Notes under the pieces: generated by a model | What the model was told of the DNA's origin: nothing | Databases searched by the model: none | Seen by the model: the letters and a program-made list of their open reading frames with translations, nothing else | Shown here: positions 1-9,683 of the stretch, one piece after another | Layout of the letters: each line of letters begins with the position of its first letter | Numbering within the stretch: the first letter of the stretch is position 1 | IMG/VR virus record: IMGVR_UViG_2778261641_000011 | DNA: 40,638 nucleotides | Reading direction: 5' to 3' (one strand) | From: a virus | Lineage: Duplodnaviria; Heunggongvirae; Uroviricota; Caudoviricetes | Made by a program: the position numbers and the translations under genes

Positions 1-165
1 AAGAAATAGGGCTTCCACCTGGGAAGCCCTTTCTTTTTATAGTTCGGCTGTATGTAGGGTACAGCACGATGAATCTGTTAGAGGCGCAATAGTGACAGAT
101 TTGATTATCAATTCCTATTTTGTTCTAAGGATAAAACCTTAGGTTGTGATCATCCGCACAATCCC

Positions 166-408
166 TTAGTAACGCCAGCGGTCATAACGCTGATATTTCG
201 GCACTTTTGGTGCTTTAATCGCCTTAATAACCCACACCACCGCAATCGCCAGTAGTAACCACGGCAGCAACTTAATCATCAATGCCAGCATACCGCCGAG
301 GAACATAATGGCCGTCGCCACAACCAGCGCGGCGATAATGCCCAGCAACGAAACGCCGGTGACCATCAGCATGACAAAAAAGCCAATCACAAAAAGTAGT
401 TCCAGCAT
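166..408 (-). CDS. pspG: Phage shock protein G (small inner-membrane protein)
   Basis: The 80-aa translation MLELLFVIGFFVMLMVTGVSLLG...KYQRYDRWRY matches PspG. The longer track ORF 166..618 is an upstream in-frame extension that overlaps the dusA 3' end. Host flank, not prophage. Confidence 0.8.
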   Translation of the reverse strand: MLELLFVIGFFVMLMVTGVSLLGIIAALVVATAIMFLGGMLALMIKLLPWLLLAIAVVWVIKAIKAPKVPKYQRYDRWRY

Positions 409-541
409 GATGCTCTCCCAAATATGAAATCTCTTGCTGGCATTACAAGAATCATGCCAAAAATAATCTATTGATTTAACAGCAAAACGCCCCGCGACGG
501 TGCGCAGGGCGTGGTGAATTTGACTACTTTTTGGTGAAAAG

Positions 542-1579
542 TTAACGCTTATCCGCCACCAGTTTGAGCGCGTGTTCCAGCACATTAATGTCTGCACCCG
601 CTTTATGGGCATTTTCACTTAAATAACGCCGCCACTGCCGCGCGCCAGGAATACCCTGGAACAAGCCCAACATATGCCGGGTAATATGGCCGAGATACGT
701 CCCCTGGCTGAGTTCACGCTCAATGTACGGATACATGGCGCGCACTACCGCCACCGGATCGGCATCGGTATCCGAGGAACCAAAGATCTCCCGGTCTACT
801 GCCGCCAGAATACCCGGATTCTGATACGCCTCGCGCCCGACCATCACGCCATCCATATGTTGCAGGTGTGCTTTGGCCTCTTCCAGCGACTTGATACCAC
901 CGTTAATCGACATTGTCAGATGCGGAAAGTCACGCTTCAGTTGATACACACGCGGATAATCGAGCGGCGGGATTTCACGGTTTTCTTTCGGGCTTAACCC
1001 CGAAAGCCAGGCTTTACGTGCGTGGATGATAAACATCTCACACTCGCCTTTGCCGGAAACAGTGTTGATGAAATCGCAGAGAAATTCATAGCTGTCCTGG
1101 TCATCGATGCCAATACGCGTTTTCACCGTCACTGGAATCGACACCACATCGCGCATCGCTTTCACACAGTCGGCAACCAGCTGCGCATTACCCATCAGAC
1201 ACGCACCAAACATGCCGTTCTGCACCCGGTCAGACGGGCAGCCGACATTCAGGTTGATCTCATCATATCCACGCGCTTCTGCCAGCTTCGCACACTGTGC
1301 CAGCGCCGCCGGATCGCTACCGCCGAGTTGCAACGCTACCGGATGTTCTTCTTCACTGTACGCCAGGTAATCACCTTTACCGTGAATAATCGCCCCTGTG
1401 GTCACCATTTCGGTATACAGCAACGTATTGCGGGAAAGCAGACGCAAGAAATAGCGGCAATGTCTGTCCGTCCAGTCGAGCATAGGAGCAATGCTAAACC
1501 GAGAATTCCAGTAAACACCAGTTTTTTCAGGCATCACGCTGGTTTGATTAATTTTTTGTGTTTCATGATTATCGTGCAT
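542..1579 (-). CDS. dusA: tRNA-dihydrouridine synthase A; N-terminal ~32 codons are prophage-supplied
   Basis: 345-aa ORF with TIM-barrel Dus motifs ([13 protein letters not shown], catalytic Cys region). The 5' end (1484-1579) lies inside the prophage-derived att repeat. Alternative start at the downstream MPEKTG Met is possible. Confidence 0.88.
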   Translation of the reverse strand: MHDNHETQKINQTSVMPEKTGVYWNSRFSIAPMLDWTDRHCRYFLRLLSRNTLLYTEMVTTGAIIHGKGDYLAYSEEEHPVALQLGGSDPAALAQCAKLAEARGYDEINLNVGCPSDRVQNGMFGACLMGNAQLVADCVKAMRDVVSIPVTVKTRIGIDDQDSYEFLCDFINTVSGKGECEMFIIHARKAWLSGLSPKENREIPPLDYPRVYQLKRDFPHLTMSINGGIKSLEEAKAHLQHMDGVMVGREAYQNPGILAAVDREIFGSSDTDADPVAVVRAMYPYIERELSQGTYLGHITRHMLGLFQGIPGARQWRRYLSENAHKAGADINVLEHALKLVADKR

Positions 1580-1585
1580 TTTTGA
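1476..1585. repeat. attL: phage-derived copy of the dusA 5' end, with the putative crossover core tcgagcat at 1476-1483
   Basis: Aligns with 39149-39258 at roughly 75-80% identity by eye. An identical 8-bp block (tcgagcat) marks the junction between the host dusA body and phage sequence. Confidence 0.7.
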
Positions 1586-1610
1586 ACATTTCAGGCTATT
1601 TTTCTCGCAT

Positions 1611-1648
1611 TAGGTTCCCGCACAGGTTCCCACGTTTTATGGGAACCC
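1611..1648. promoter_or_regulatory. Clustered GGTTCCC repeats (two direct, one inverted) upstream of int; candidate integrase arm-type binding sites
   Basis: ggttccc at 1613-1619 and 1625-1631, inverted gggaacc at 1641-1647. The same motif recurs beside attR at 39088-39094. Confidence 0.4.
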
Positions 1649-1667
1649 GAAATAACGAGGTCGTGTA

Positions 1668-2765
1668 ATGGCGTACTATAACATAGAGAAACGACTAAAA
1701 TCCGATGGCACACCACGCTATCGCTGTAATGTGATTATCAAAGAAAAAGGTGTTATCACTTACAGGGAAAGCAAAACATTCCCTAAACATGCTCATGCCA
1801 AAACATGGGGCACACAGAAAGTGATGGAATTAGATCTATATGGCATTCCATCATCAAATGCAGTTGACGGACTTACAGTCCGTGACTTACTACACAAATA
1901 TTTAAATGACCCAAATGCCGGAGGTAAAGCAGGCCGTACTAAAAGATATGTGCTGGAACTGCTTATGGATAGTGACATCTCCGCGATCAAACTATCTGAA
2001 CTGACAGAAAATGACGTAATTGAACATTGCAGGCTAAGAAACAACGCTGGCGCAGGTCCAGCAACAGTCAGCCACGATGTTAGTTATCTTGGCAGTGTTC
2101 TGGATGCGGCCAAACCTGTATACGGAATTAATTACACATCAAACCCGGCGAAAAGTGCTCGTCCATATCTACTTAAACTTGGTTTGATTGGTAAATCAAA
2201 CCGTCGTAATCGTAGACCAGCATCTGATGAACTGGACATGCTCATTGAAGGCCTTCAACAACGATCTACTCATAAATGCTCAAAAATTCCGTTCGTTGAT
2301 ATCCTCAAATTTTCTGTGTGGTCCTGTATGCGAATCGGAGAAGTATGCCGGTTACGATGGGAAGATCTCGACCAGGAACAAAAATCTATACTCGTAAGAG
2401 ACAGGAAAGATCCACGCAAAAAGGAAGGCAACCACATGAAAGTAGCCTTGCTTGGGGAAGCCTGGGATATCGTCCAACGACAGCCCAAAAAATCGGAATT
2501 CATTTTTCCATATAACAGCACTTCTATTACTGCGGGATTTCAGAGGGTAAGAAGCAAATTAGGTATTAAGGATCTGCGATACCATGATTTGCGTAGAGAA
2601 GGGGCAAGTCGCTTATTTGAGGCTGGTTTTAGTATTGAGGAAGTAGCCCAGGTTACAGGGCATCGTTCATTAAACGTGCTATGGCAGGTATATACCGAAC
2701 TGTATCCGAAATCTTTACATAATCGTTTTGAAGAGCTCCAAAGGAGCAGAAATAAGACCCCTTGA
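1668..2765 (+). CDS. Tyrosine recombinase / site-specific integrase of the dusA-targeting type
   Basis: 365-aa ORF directly adjacent to attL. C-terminal catalytic region has the HxxR ... Y signature (HDLRREGASRLFEAG...LWQVYTELY). SD acgagg lies upstream of the ATG. Confidence 0.9.
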   Translation: MAYYNIEKRLKSDGTPRYRCNVIIKEKGVITYRESKTFPKHAHAKTWGTQKVMELDLYGIPSSNAVDGLTVRDLLHKYLNDPNAGGKAGRTKRYVLELLMDSDISAIKLSELTENDVIEHCRLRNNAGAGPATVSHDVSYLGSVLDAAKPVYGINYTSNPAKSARPYLLKLGLIGKSNRRNRRPASDELDMLIEGLQQRSTHKCSKIPFVDILKFSVWSCMRIGEVCRLRWEDLDQEQKSILVRDRKDPRKKEGNHMKVALLGEAWDIVQRQPKKSEFIFPYNSTSITAGFQRVRSKLGIKDLRYHDLRREGASRLFEAGFSIEEVAQVTGHRSLNVLWQVYTELYPKSLHNRFEELQRSRNKTP

Positions 2766-2813
2766 CACTGTTTATCCATACAGTTAAAAATAATACTGTA
2801 TACAAACACAGTA
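2766..2813 (+). promoter_or_regulatory. Two tandem LexA (SOS) boxes over a sigma70-like promoter for the dinI-like gene
   Basis: CTGT-N8-ACAG motifs at 2768-2783 (CTGTttatccatACAG) and 2796-2811 (tACTGTatacaaacACAGta). A perfect -35 TTGACA sits at 2762-2767. Confidence 0.6.
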
Positions 2814-2826
2814 TAGAGGGACTTTT

Positions 2827-3075
2827 ATGCGTATTGAAATCTGCATAGCCAAAGAAAAAATGACTAAAATGCCAACCGGTGCTGTGGATGCGTTAAAGGA
2901 AGAATTAACCCGACGCATCAGTAAACGTTATGACGATGTAGAGGTGATCGTAAAAGCCACCAGCAACGATGGCCTTTCTGTTACACGCACCGCAGATAAG
3001 GATTCTGCAAAAACTTTTGTTCAGGAGACTCTGAAAGATACCTGGGAATCTGCTGACGAGTGGTTTGTTCACTAA
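2827..3075 (+). CDS. dinI: DinI-family damage-inducible protein
   Basis: 82-aa product [11 protein letters not shown]...[16 protein letters not shown] closely resembles E. coli DinI (MRIEVTIAK ... QETWESADDWFV). LexA boxes lie upstream. Confidence 0.85.
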   Translation: MRIEICIAKEKMTKMPTGAVDALKEELTRRISKRYDDVEVIVKATSNDGLSVTRTADKDSAKTFVQETLKDTWESADEWFVH

Positions 3076-3140
3076 TTAACACGTAAAATCGGTAACGGCT
3101 GGAAATCATTCAATAATCGCACTATCGAAAGTTCGCCAGC

Positions 3141-3180
3141 CAGCCGCAGCACGTTCTTGCATACGACGTGGCTGCGGCTT
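3141..3180. terminator. Hairpin between convergent dinI-like and invertase genes (putative bidirectional terminator)
   Basis: Imperfect inverted repeat cagccgcagcacgt ... acgtggctgcggct. No strong U-tract, so weak. Confidence 0.3.
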
Positions 3181-3218
3181 CCAACATTAGACAAATAACT
3201 CTTTAAATTGCTTTTAAA

Positions 3219-3782
3219 TTATTTCGTTTGAATGCCAGTAACAGGAAATCGTTTATATAGGGTTGATAGCCCAACGTTATAGATACGTGCAACATAACGC
3301 CGTGATTTCCCTGCCGCTATGAGCGCTCCCATCTGTTGCCACTGCTCGTCGCTAAACTTCGGTCTACGCCCACCAATCCGGCCTTTGGATCTGGCAATAG
3401 CCAAACCAGCTAAAGTTCGCTCGCTATTCAAATCAGATTCATACTGCGCAGCAGAAAGAATATTACGGAAATTATAGCGACCACTTGCTGTTTTCAGGTC
3501 TACGCCATCTGTAATACTCCGAAAATTAACACCTTTTTCGTGCAGATTTTGAAACATCAATAGCGCATGCAGCACATTTCTCCCTATCCGATCTAACTTC
3601 CAGACAATCAACTCATCTCCACTTTTCATCACCGTAATTAATTCCTTTAACACAGGGCGATTAGCTGTTCTGCCACTGGCATATTCTTCATAAATTCGCT
3701 CACAGCCAGCTGACTCAAGTGCAAGACGTTGCAACTCTGTATCCTGATGATTTGTTGATACACGAACATACCCGTAAATCAT
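3219..3782 (-). CDS. Serine recombinase, DNA invertase of the Gin/Hin/Pin/Cin family
   Basis: 187 aa, MIYGYVRVSTNHQDTELQR...VWKLDRIGRN...GRIGGRRPK...STLYKRF, near colinear with Hin/Gin. Catalytic Ser in the RVST motif; C-terminal HTH. Confidence 0.9.
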   Translation of the reverse strand: MIYGYVRVSTNHQDTELQRLALESAGCERIYEEYASGRTANRPVLKELITVMKSGDELIVWKLDRIGRNVLHALLMFQNLHEKGVNFRSITDGVDLKTASGRYNFRNILSAAQYESDLNSERTLAGLAIARSKGRIGGRRPKFSDEQWQQMGALIAAGKSRRYVARIYNVGLSTLYKRFPVTGIQTK

Positions 3783-4203
3783 GAGTGCTTCTCCTGTTGT
3801 AAAAACAGGAGAAGAGGCGAAATATCACCTGATTCAGAAAAATATTTCAAAGGTTGGTTTGGGAGAAGCGGCAAAACGGAATGTGGGAACAGGGGAAAAT
3901 CAGATACCAGATATGTCTGCATTTCCATCTGGCAAAAACTGGTTTCAGTTACCAAGTGGTCATATTGTCCAAATGTTTTCGATGAATGTTTATGGGGCGG
4001 ACACTAACGGAACTACAGGTAATTTCCCTATTGCATTTCCTTCAGGCGCACTGGCTGTTAGTGCCTTATGGTCAGATGGCACATTAACGGCTGCTCCGAC
4101 CTTTAAACTTATGGGGTACACGACAACAAGGACATCAGTAACCTTAAAAGTATCAACCGGAAATGGTTTGTATGGAACTATGATTATCGCAATAGGAAGA
4201 TAA
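3781..4203 (+). CDS. Alternative tail-fibre C-terminal variable segment (Sv'-like); silent in this orientation
   Basis: ORF in frame across the crossover site, sharing the GLGE codons with the expressed tail fibre. No independent RBS; only the part from ~3857 would be expressed after inversion. Confidence 0.5.
   Translation: MSASPVVKTGEEAKYHLIQKNISKVGLGEAAKRNVGTGENQIPDMSAFPSGKNWFQLPSGHIVQMFSMNVYGADTNGTTGNFPIAFPSGALAVSALWSDGTLTAAPTFKLMGYTTTRTSVTLKVSTGNGLYGTMIIAIGR
3843..3868. other. hix/gix-like 26-bp inversion crossover site (invertase-proximal)
   Basis: atatttcaaaggTTggtttgggagaa. Its reverse complement begins ttctcccaaaccaa, identical over 14-15 bp to the site at 5704-5718. Confidence 0.6.
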
Positions 4204-4204
4204 T

Positions 4205-4648
4205 ATGAATCAATATATTTATTCCCCTTCGGAAAATGCTTTTTATGCTGTTAATTTAAAAAATACTTATGAAGCAAATGGAACATGGCCCGCTGATGCA
4301 TTAGATATTCCTGATGACATTTCTGTAAAATATATGGCGGAACCGCCACAAGGGAAAATCCGAGTTGCAGGGGAACATGGTTTTCCCACATGGGCTGAAA
4401 TACCTCCACCATCACATGAGGAACTTATTGAACAGGCCGAATCAGAGAGGCAATTATTGATTAACCATGCCAACGAATACATGAACAGTAAACAATGGCC
4501 CGGTAAAGCAGCTATTGGTCGTCTGAAAGGTGAGGAACTGGTGCAATATAATTTGTGGCTGGATTATCTGGACGCACTGGAACTGGTCGATATTTCCAGT
4601 GCTCCAGATATTGAATGGCCTACGCCTCCGGCAGTTCAGGCCAGATGA
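4205..4648 (+). CDS. Alternative tail fibre assembly chaperone (U'-like)
   Basis: 147 aa with the typical Tfa N-terminus MNQYIYSPSENAFY and C-terminal region. Convergent with the active Tfa gene, as in the Mu G segment. Confidence 0.7.
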   Translation: MNQYIYSPSENAFYAVNLKNTYEANGTWPADALDIPDDISVKYMAEPPQGKIRVAGEHGFPTWAEIPPPSHEELIEQAESERQLLINHANEYMNSKQWPGKAAIGRLKGEELVQYNLWLDYLDALELVDISSAPDIEWPTPPAVQAR

Positions 4649-5225
4649 CATCCGGTGCGGTGCTGGTATCTGTTGCCGTCACCGCGTCAATGTAATCCAG
4701 CGCAGCGTTAAGTTGGGCGGTTTCTGCCTGCGTCAGATTCCGTCCGGCCTGCAATTTCAGTTGAATCAGACTGATGGAAGCCATTGCTGCATCAATCAGT
4801 GACTGGCGCTGTGCTTCTGCCGCTTCTACTGCGGCACCGTGTTGTGCCTCAGTATCGGTCACCCATTTCTCACCATCCCATTTATCGTATGGCGTTAATG
4901 GGGCGATAATGGTTGTATTTTCAGGGTAATCACCCGGAGCTGTGATTTCTTTGGTATCTCCCGTTTCGGTACTATAGACAACTTCACCGCGATGGTCTGG
5001 CACATATTCCCATGAGTTTAAATCTACAGAACGACAAATTGCATAACCAGCTTTGTTTGAGCCCGGAGCATCTAAACAAGAACATGCCGGGATACCGACG
5101 CCGACAGCGAGATATTCAGTTGATGTAGAAATATATTCCCGCGTTTCACCATCATAATTATAAATGATAATGTCTCCCGCTTTTATGGCAATGAGTTTGC
5201 TATTTAATACAGCTTTATTCATCAT
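4620..5225 (-). CDS. Tail fibre assembly chaperone (U-like, active orientation)
   Basis: 201 aa; ATGA overlap with the tail-fibre stop. C-terminal Tfa-type sequence (DYIDAV...WPELP). Confidence 0.75.
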   Translation of the reverse strand: MMNKAVLNSKLIAIKAGDIIIYNYDGETREYISTSTEYLAVGVGIPACSCLDAPGSNKAGYAICRSVDLNSWEYVPDHRGEVVYSTETGDTKEITAPGDYPENTTIIAPLTPYDKWDGEKWVTDTEAQHGAAVEAAEAQRQSLIDAAMASISLIQLKLQAGRNLTQAETAQLNAALDYIDAVTATDTSTAPDVIWPELPEA

Positions 5226-6007
5226 GCGGCCCTCACAATATAATTAAAGGCGATGTTACGTGGACGATTTTCATTTGCTGTTGGAACAACATTTGCCGCC
5301 GAGAAGTGAACATCTTGTCGGATTTTTCGGTCATTAGCGTATGTCATAGACACATTGATGTTATTCCGGACTGAGGTACCTCCGTAAAAAGCTCCACTCA
5401 CACTTTGAACATCGACAATTGCATTAATTTCGCTGTTTACGCGCAACTGACCAAAACCGCCAGTAATGTTTCGAATAGCATCTCCTTGCGATGAAAGCAG
5501 AGTTCGCCCACTATCCACACCACGTTCATCATCCCAGCCACGAATAAACTCACCGCGTAAATCAGGCAATTTATTTGTCGGGTAAGACTTTGCCAGTTCC
5601 GGGTATTCTTCAGCAGAAAAAGCCGCACCATTGCATTTCAGCCAGCCTGTTGGTGGAGTGGCTGAAGGCCACGGAACAGGCACACCAACGGGTAATGCCG
5701 AACCTTCTCCCAAACCAAGGTTTTCGAGAGCCGTTTTCACCGTGCCATCCGATTTGATATCGCCAAACGGATTCTTGCGGCTTAACAGCAGCGCACGAAG
5801 CGCGGTAAGCAGTTGGTCGTGCCGCGCCTTCTCCAGACTGGCACCGGATGCCTCCACCACGCTGCAGAGTTCTTCCTGCAACATGTCAAAGTAGTCATCA
5901 TCCAGATCGGTGGCAGGCGTGCCTGTCTGGGGGTTACCACGGGTAAAACCGTTCTTACCCGCGCCGAACTTATCCTTCTGCGCGGTTTTCGTGTCTATAC
6001 GATGCAT
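5222..6007 (-). CDS. Tail fibre protein: constant N-terminal part fused to the currently selected variable C-terminus
   Basis: 261 aa with N-terminus [21 protein letters not shown] typical of phage side tail fibres. The crossover site lies in frame at codons ~93-101. Confidence 0.8.
   Translation of the reverse strand: MHRIDTKTAQKDKFGAGKNGFTRGNPQTGTPATDLDDDYFDMLQEELCSVVEASGASLEKARHDQLLTALRALLLSRKNPFGDIKSDGTVKTALENLGLGEGSALPVGVPVPWPSATPPTGWLKCNGAAFSAEEYPELAKSYPTNKLPDLRGEFIRGWDDERGVDSGRTLLSSQGDAIRNITGGFGQLRVNSEINAIVDVQSVSGAFYGGTSVRNNINVSMTYANDRKIRQDVHFSAANVVPTANENRPRNIAFNYIVRAA
5705..5730. other. hix/gix-like 26-bp inversion crossover site inside the tail fibre gene
   Basis: ttctcccaaaccAAggttttcgagag; compare hixL TTCTTGAAAACCAAGGTTTTTGATAA. 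Encodes LENLGLGEG in the tail-fibre frame. Confidence 0.65.
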
Positions 6008-6010
6008 GGA

Positions 6011-6595
6011 TTACTCCGGATATTTAAAAATTACGTAGGTATGCGACGGGCAGAGTTTGTTAAGCACACACTCGACAACGGTGTCGCCCCAGATACGCAG
6101 CGCGGAATCACAGGGATCGCCACATGTCATCCAGGTGGTGTTGGTGGCGGCTGGCATGTTGACCTGCCAGTAATACCGCCATTCCGGCGCATTCACAGCG
6201 TCAGTACAGGCCGATGAGCAGGTGAACGTGCTTTTGTCGTATCGCGTGATGGTGGCATCTGGTCTGCCCAGGGCAGCAAGCTGTGCAAGATAAAAATCCT
6301 CGTTGATGCCGCCCGCCAGGTTAACCTTCGCATCCAGCCGTTGCTGACGCTGGCGAAGGGTCTGTGTCCCTGCGGGAATACATTCATCCGGCAGGCCACA
6401 CAGACGCTCCCAGCGATTTATCAGCTCGGTGGTGGTGCGCGGATCAAGCTCCCGCATCAGGGCATCCGCACGCTGATGAACACGGGTTAATGAAGGTGCC
6501 GCACCGGCAATCGCCGGATCGCTGGCTGACCATGCAGGACCGGGCGGCAACAGTGCCGATAACAGGCGGATGTAATCATCGTTTGTCACGTCCAT
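6011..6595 (-). CDS. Tail protein, Mu gp48-like (DUF2313)
   Basis: 194 aa; Cys-rich C-terminus. Position between baseplate J and tail fibre matches Mu gene order. Confidence 0.7.
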   Translation of the reverse strand: MDVTNDDYIRLLSALLPPGPAWSASDPAIAGAAPSLTRVHQRADALMRELDPRTTTELINRWERLCGLPDECIPAGTQTLRQRQQRLDAKVNLAGGINEDFYLAQLAALGRPDATITRYDKSTFTCSSACTDAVNAPEWRYYWQVNMPAATNTTWMTCGDPCDSALRIWGDTVVECVLNKLCPSHTYVIFKYPE

Positions 6596-7644
6596 GAAAT
6601 CGTCCCCAGAACCGCCAGCTCATTTTTCGCAATGGAGATATTGTCCACCGGTGCAAGCAACTGATGGCTGTATTCCCCGTTCGCACCGGAAATCGCCTCA
6701 CTGATACGCGATACCTTCAGTTCTCCCTGCGGATAACCATCACGCAGCAGGAACGAACGCAACTCCGCGGTAATGGCAGCCCGTATTTCTGGTGTGTCCG
6801 GCGTCACGCGGATATGAAAATCCACCGTATGTGCCACCGGCCTGAATACATACAAATCAGAGCCTGCCACCGGGGCCAGTGGCTCAATGTGTTGTCTTGC
6901 CGCCGTTTCCGTTGATTCTTCCGGAATGGGATTAATCAGGTCGCTGCTGGCAATCATCACACCGACAGTTCCCGTTCCCATCCAGTGACGGTATGTCCAT
7001 GCGCGGGTAATGCCGGGCACTTCTTTAGCCCAGACGACATAGTCCCCGTCAGCCCCGCCCTGCGGCGTCCAGTAATACCGCTCAATGACGCGGGCGCGCC
7101 ACGTTTCCAGATCTTCTGTATCAAATCCGCCTGTCATGGTGTCAGTCACACCGGAAGACGGCAGACCATTCACCGGCGTGACCAGGATTAATGCCGTACC
7201 ATCGTCAGCGTTACCGACCGCGCCTGTAGTTGAGCAAGTGATCGGCACACGCAGGACACCACCGGAGCTGGTTGCATCGGCAGTTGCCGTGTACTGAACC
7301 AGGTCATCGCGCTGAATCACGCTCCCGGCAGTCACCTTCAGGCCATCGCTGACACCTTCCCAGCGCATATACCCGCTGGCAGCCGTGGCCCCCTTGCGCG
7401 GACACCGTTTCATCGCAGCATGTCGCGCCAGCCAGGACTCATCGCACAGGTCAGGCAGCATATTCATTGCCAGATAATCGATGTACCCGTAAACCGTATG
7501 CAGCGCCGCCGCATACACCTTTGCCCGCACGTCTTCATCCATGCGCCGGAGCGTGTCGCTGACGTCCAGCCTGGCAAATAAATCGTTACGGAGCATACTG
7601 ATATTTTCTGCCAGCGTCGGGCGCTGAAATTCACTGTCCGCCAT
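6586..7644 (-). CDS. Baseplate J-like protein (Mu gp47-like)
   Basis: 352 aa; synteny within the baseplate module; overlaps both neighbours. Confidence 0.75.
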   Translation of the reverse strand: MADSEFQRPTLAENISMLRNDLFARLDVSDTLRRMDEDVRAKVYAAALHTVYGYIDYLAMNMLPDLCDESWLARHAAMKRCPRKGATAASGYMRWEGVSDGLKVTAGSVIQRDDLVQYTATADATSSGGVLRVPITCSTTGAVGNADDGTALILVTPVNGLPSSGVTDTMTGGFDTEDLETWRARVIERYYWTPQGGADGDYVVWAKEVPGITRAWTYRHWMGTGTVGVMIASSDLINPIPEESTETAARQHIEPLAPVAGSDLYVFRPVAHTVDFHIRVTPDTPEIRAAITAELRSFLLRDGYPQGELKVSRISEAISGANGEYSHQLLAPVDNISIAKNELAVLGTISWT

Positions 7645-8059
7645 GCGTTATCGCACTCCACAGATCATCAAAAGAAATCATTACCGGTCCGTCACGACGC
7701 CAGAGAGTGATACTGTTACCCAGCTCATTAATCCCGGTGCGGCGGATATCCAGATCAATACGGGACACCACGCCATCATCAATCATCCATTGCAGGCATT
7801 CGCGGATATACCCCCTTACCGTCTGCACCAGCTGATTGGTCAGTTTGCTGCGCTGAAGCAGCCACAGTCGGGAGCCGTAACGGTCATTCTGTACCGCAGG
7901 CCAGGTATCCCCCCACCATCCCATCGGGACGTCGGCGTTGTCATCAGGCTCCGCCCGCCGCCAGGTAAACAGGGAAATCACCACGGCGCGGGTCAGCGGA
8001 TCCAGCGGTGCGCTGGCGCAGGTGCGTTTACCGTTCACCGTCAGCCACAGTTCCATCAT
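7631..8059 (-). CDS. Baseplate protein, Mu gp46-like
   Basis: 142 aa; overlaps neighbours; Mu-like gene order. Confidence 0.65.
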   Translation of the reverse strand: MMELWLTVNGKRTCASAPLDPLTRAVVISLFTWRRAEPDDNADVPMGWWGDTWPAVQNDRYGSRLWLLQRSKLTNQLVQTVRGYIRECLQWMIDDGVVSRIDLDIRRTGINELGNSITLWRRDGPVMISFDDLWSAITHGGQ

Positions 8060-8604
8060 GCCTCCATCGCTTTATCAGGTTTGTCGGTGTTACTACCCTG
8101 ACCGTTCTCTCTGTGACGATGCCCGTTATAGGCAAGCCGCATCGCTGACATGGTGGTGCCGGTGGAGTCGCACAGGTCTTTCACCTGTCCGGTCACTTCC
8201 AGGTCCATTTCAAAACGTGCCTTAGGCGCATTGCGAAACGTGATCGTTTTACCTGCACCGTCCACCACGATCCCCTCCCGGGTCAGCGTCACGGACTGCC
8301 CCTGATCGTCATAGACAGCCACCTCACCCGTCTGCAGCCCTTTCAGGCGGTAGCGCCGGTCCGACACCGTAACAACCACCGCATGAGAACGGTCGCCATC
8401 CGGAAACAACACCACCGCTTCCGCACCGCTGTTTGCCCTTGCGGTAAAACCGTAGGGTTCAAGATGTTCAACCCCGGCTTTGGGTTCACCGGCAATCAGG
8501 GACACATCCACGGTCTGACATTTCGTGGCGGCACTGATGCTTTTCACCACTGCCCGCCCAATCAGGCCGAGGAGTTGTCGCTGCATGGCTTCAATCGTCC
8601 TCAT
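8056..8604 (-). CDS. Baseplate assembly / spike protein V (Mu gp45-like)
   Basis: 182 aa; ATGA-type overlap with the upstream gene; gpV-like size and position. Confidence 0.7.
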   Translation of the reverse strand: MRTIEAMQRQLLGLIGRAVVKSISAATKCQTVDVSLIAGEPKAGVEHLEPYGFTARANSGAEAVVLFPDGDRSHAVVVTVSDRRYRLKGLQTGEVAVYDDQGQSVTLTREGIVVDGAGKTITFRNAPKARFEMDLEVTGQVKDLCDSTGTTMSAMRLAYNGHRHRENGQGSNTDKPDKAMEA

Positions 8605-9683
8605 CAGAACGGGTCCTCCTGTACTCTGGCTTTTTTCTTTTTCCGCGCGCCGGGGGCTTCGGGTTCAGGCAGATAAGCATCAGGTGGGCCGACACGGATT
8701 TCCGTCAGGGTGCCGTTCTGGTCCTGAGTAAACGTGACTTCCGAAACAAGCAGTTCGGTATTGTCGAAACCACAGACCGGATCAAAGACAATCACCCGCT
8801 GGTTGGGCTGCCACAGCGTACCGTTACCCTGTCGCCAGCCCTGCACCACATAGGTGGTTTCATCCGTCCGCGCCGCCCGTTGCCGGGCTTCAAAGTCAGC
8901 ACGCGCAATACAGCCTGCCCCCGTAGCCTGCCCTGTCTGCCTGATATACATCGGACGGTAACGGGCAATAAATGCGTCCTCTGTGCGGGCCCGCAGCGCG
9001 GTGGTGGTGGCCTCACCGAAATCATCGTCGTTTCCGGCACGCTGCCCCGCCACCTGGTAAACAGAAAACCGCTCCCGTATACTCTTCTCCGTATCGCAGG
9101 AAAGGATGTTTTCCCCGAGTACCAGCGCGGTATGTGCCCGCGTTGAGCCAATACCGCCAATCACCAGCCTGCCGTGCGGGTCGTCGTAAGCCAGTGCCTG
9201 CTGCTGACCGAGTATTTTGTTGATTACCTCAATCACCGTTTCACCGTGATCAGGCTGAACATCAGGAATAACACCCGACGGCGCACCGCTGTTCACCACC
9301 TCAATGCCGAAAGGCGCAGCAAGCGCCTGCGCAATCTGCACCAGCGAGCGTCCGTTAAACTGTGTCGGTTCGGCTGCACAGTCAATCAGGTCAGCCGTCA
9401 GACTACGTCCGGCAATACCGGTGCTGACCGAACGGGAATCGTAACGAACGGGGGTCGCCTCCACCCAGCCGGTGATCACCAGCTCATCACCAATCAGCAC
9501 TTCCACTTTTGAACCGTTTTTAATGCGCGGCTGAAGCGTGGTGATACCCTCATCTCCCGGCCACTGGCGGGTGATCTCCACACTGAAATCCCGCGCCAGC
9601 CGTTCAATACCGGCACCGATGCGCACCGATGTCCAGCCATTCCACTCCCGGCCATTTACCCGTAGCGTGACATTGTCGTTCAT
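8604..9683 (-). CDS. Baseplate hub / late control D-like protein (Mu gp44-like)
   Basis: 359 aa; position downstream of the DNA circulation protein. Confidence 0.7.
   Translation of the reverse strand: MNDNVTLRVNGREWNGWTSVRIGAGIERLARDFSVEITRQWPGDEGITTLQPRIKNGSKVEVLIGDELVITGWVEATPVRYDSRSVSTGIAGRSLTADLIDCAAEPTQFNGRSLVQIAQALAAPFGIEVVNSGAPSGVIPDVQPDHGETVIEVINKILGQQQALAYDDPHGRLVIGGIGSTRAHTALVLGENILSCDTEKSIRERFSVYQVAGQRAGNDDDFGEATTTALRARTEDAFIARYRPMYIRQTGQATGAGCIARADFEARQRAARTDETTYVVQGWRQGNGTLWQPNQRVIVFDPVCGFDNTELLVSEVTFTQDQNGTLTEIRVGPPDAYLPEPEAPGARKKKKARVQEDPF

Noticed and set aside
166-618. Long 150-aa form of the 166..618 ORF
   Set aside because: Only the C-terminal 80 aa match PspG; the upstream extension overlaps the dusA 3' end and has no RBS support.
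674-1585. Plus-strand ORFs 674..997, 1022..1585 and 1107..1370 inside dusA
   Set aside because: Antisense to a well-supported dusA frame; products are low-complexity and Arg/His-rich. Treated as shadow ORFs.
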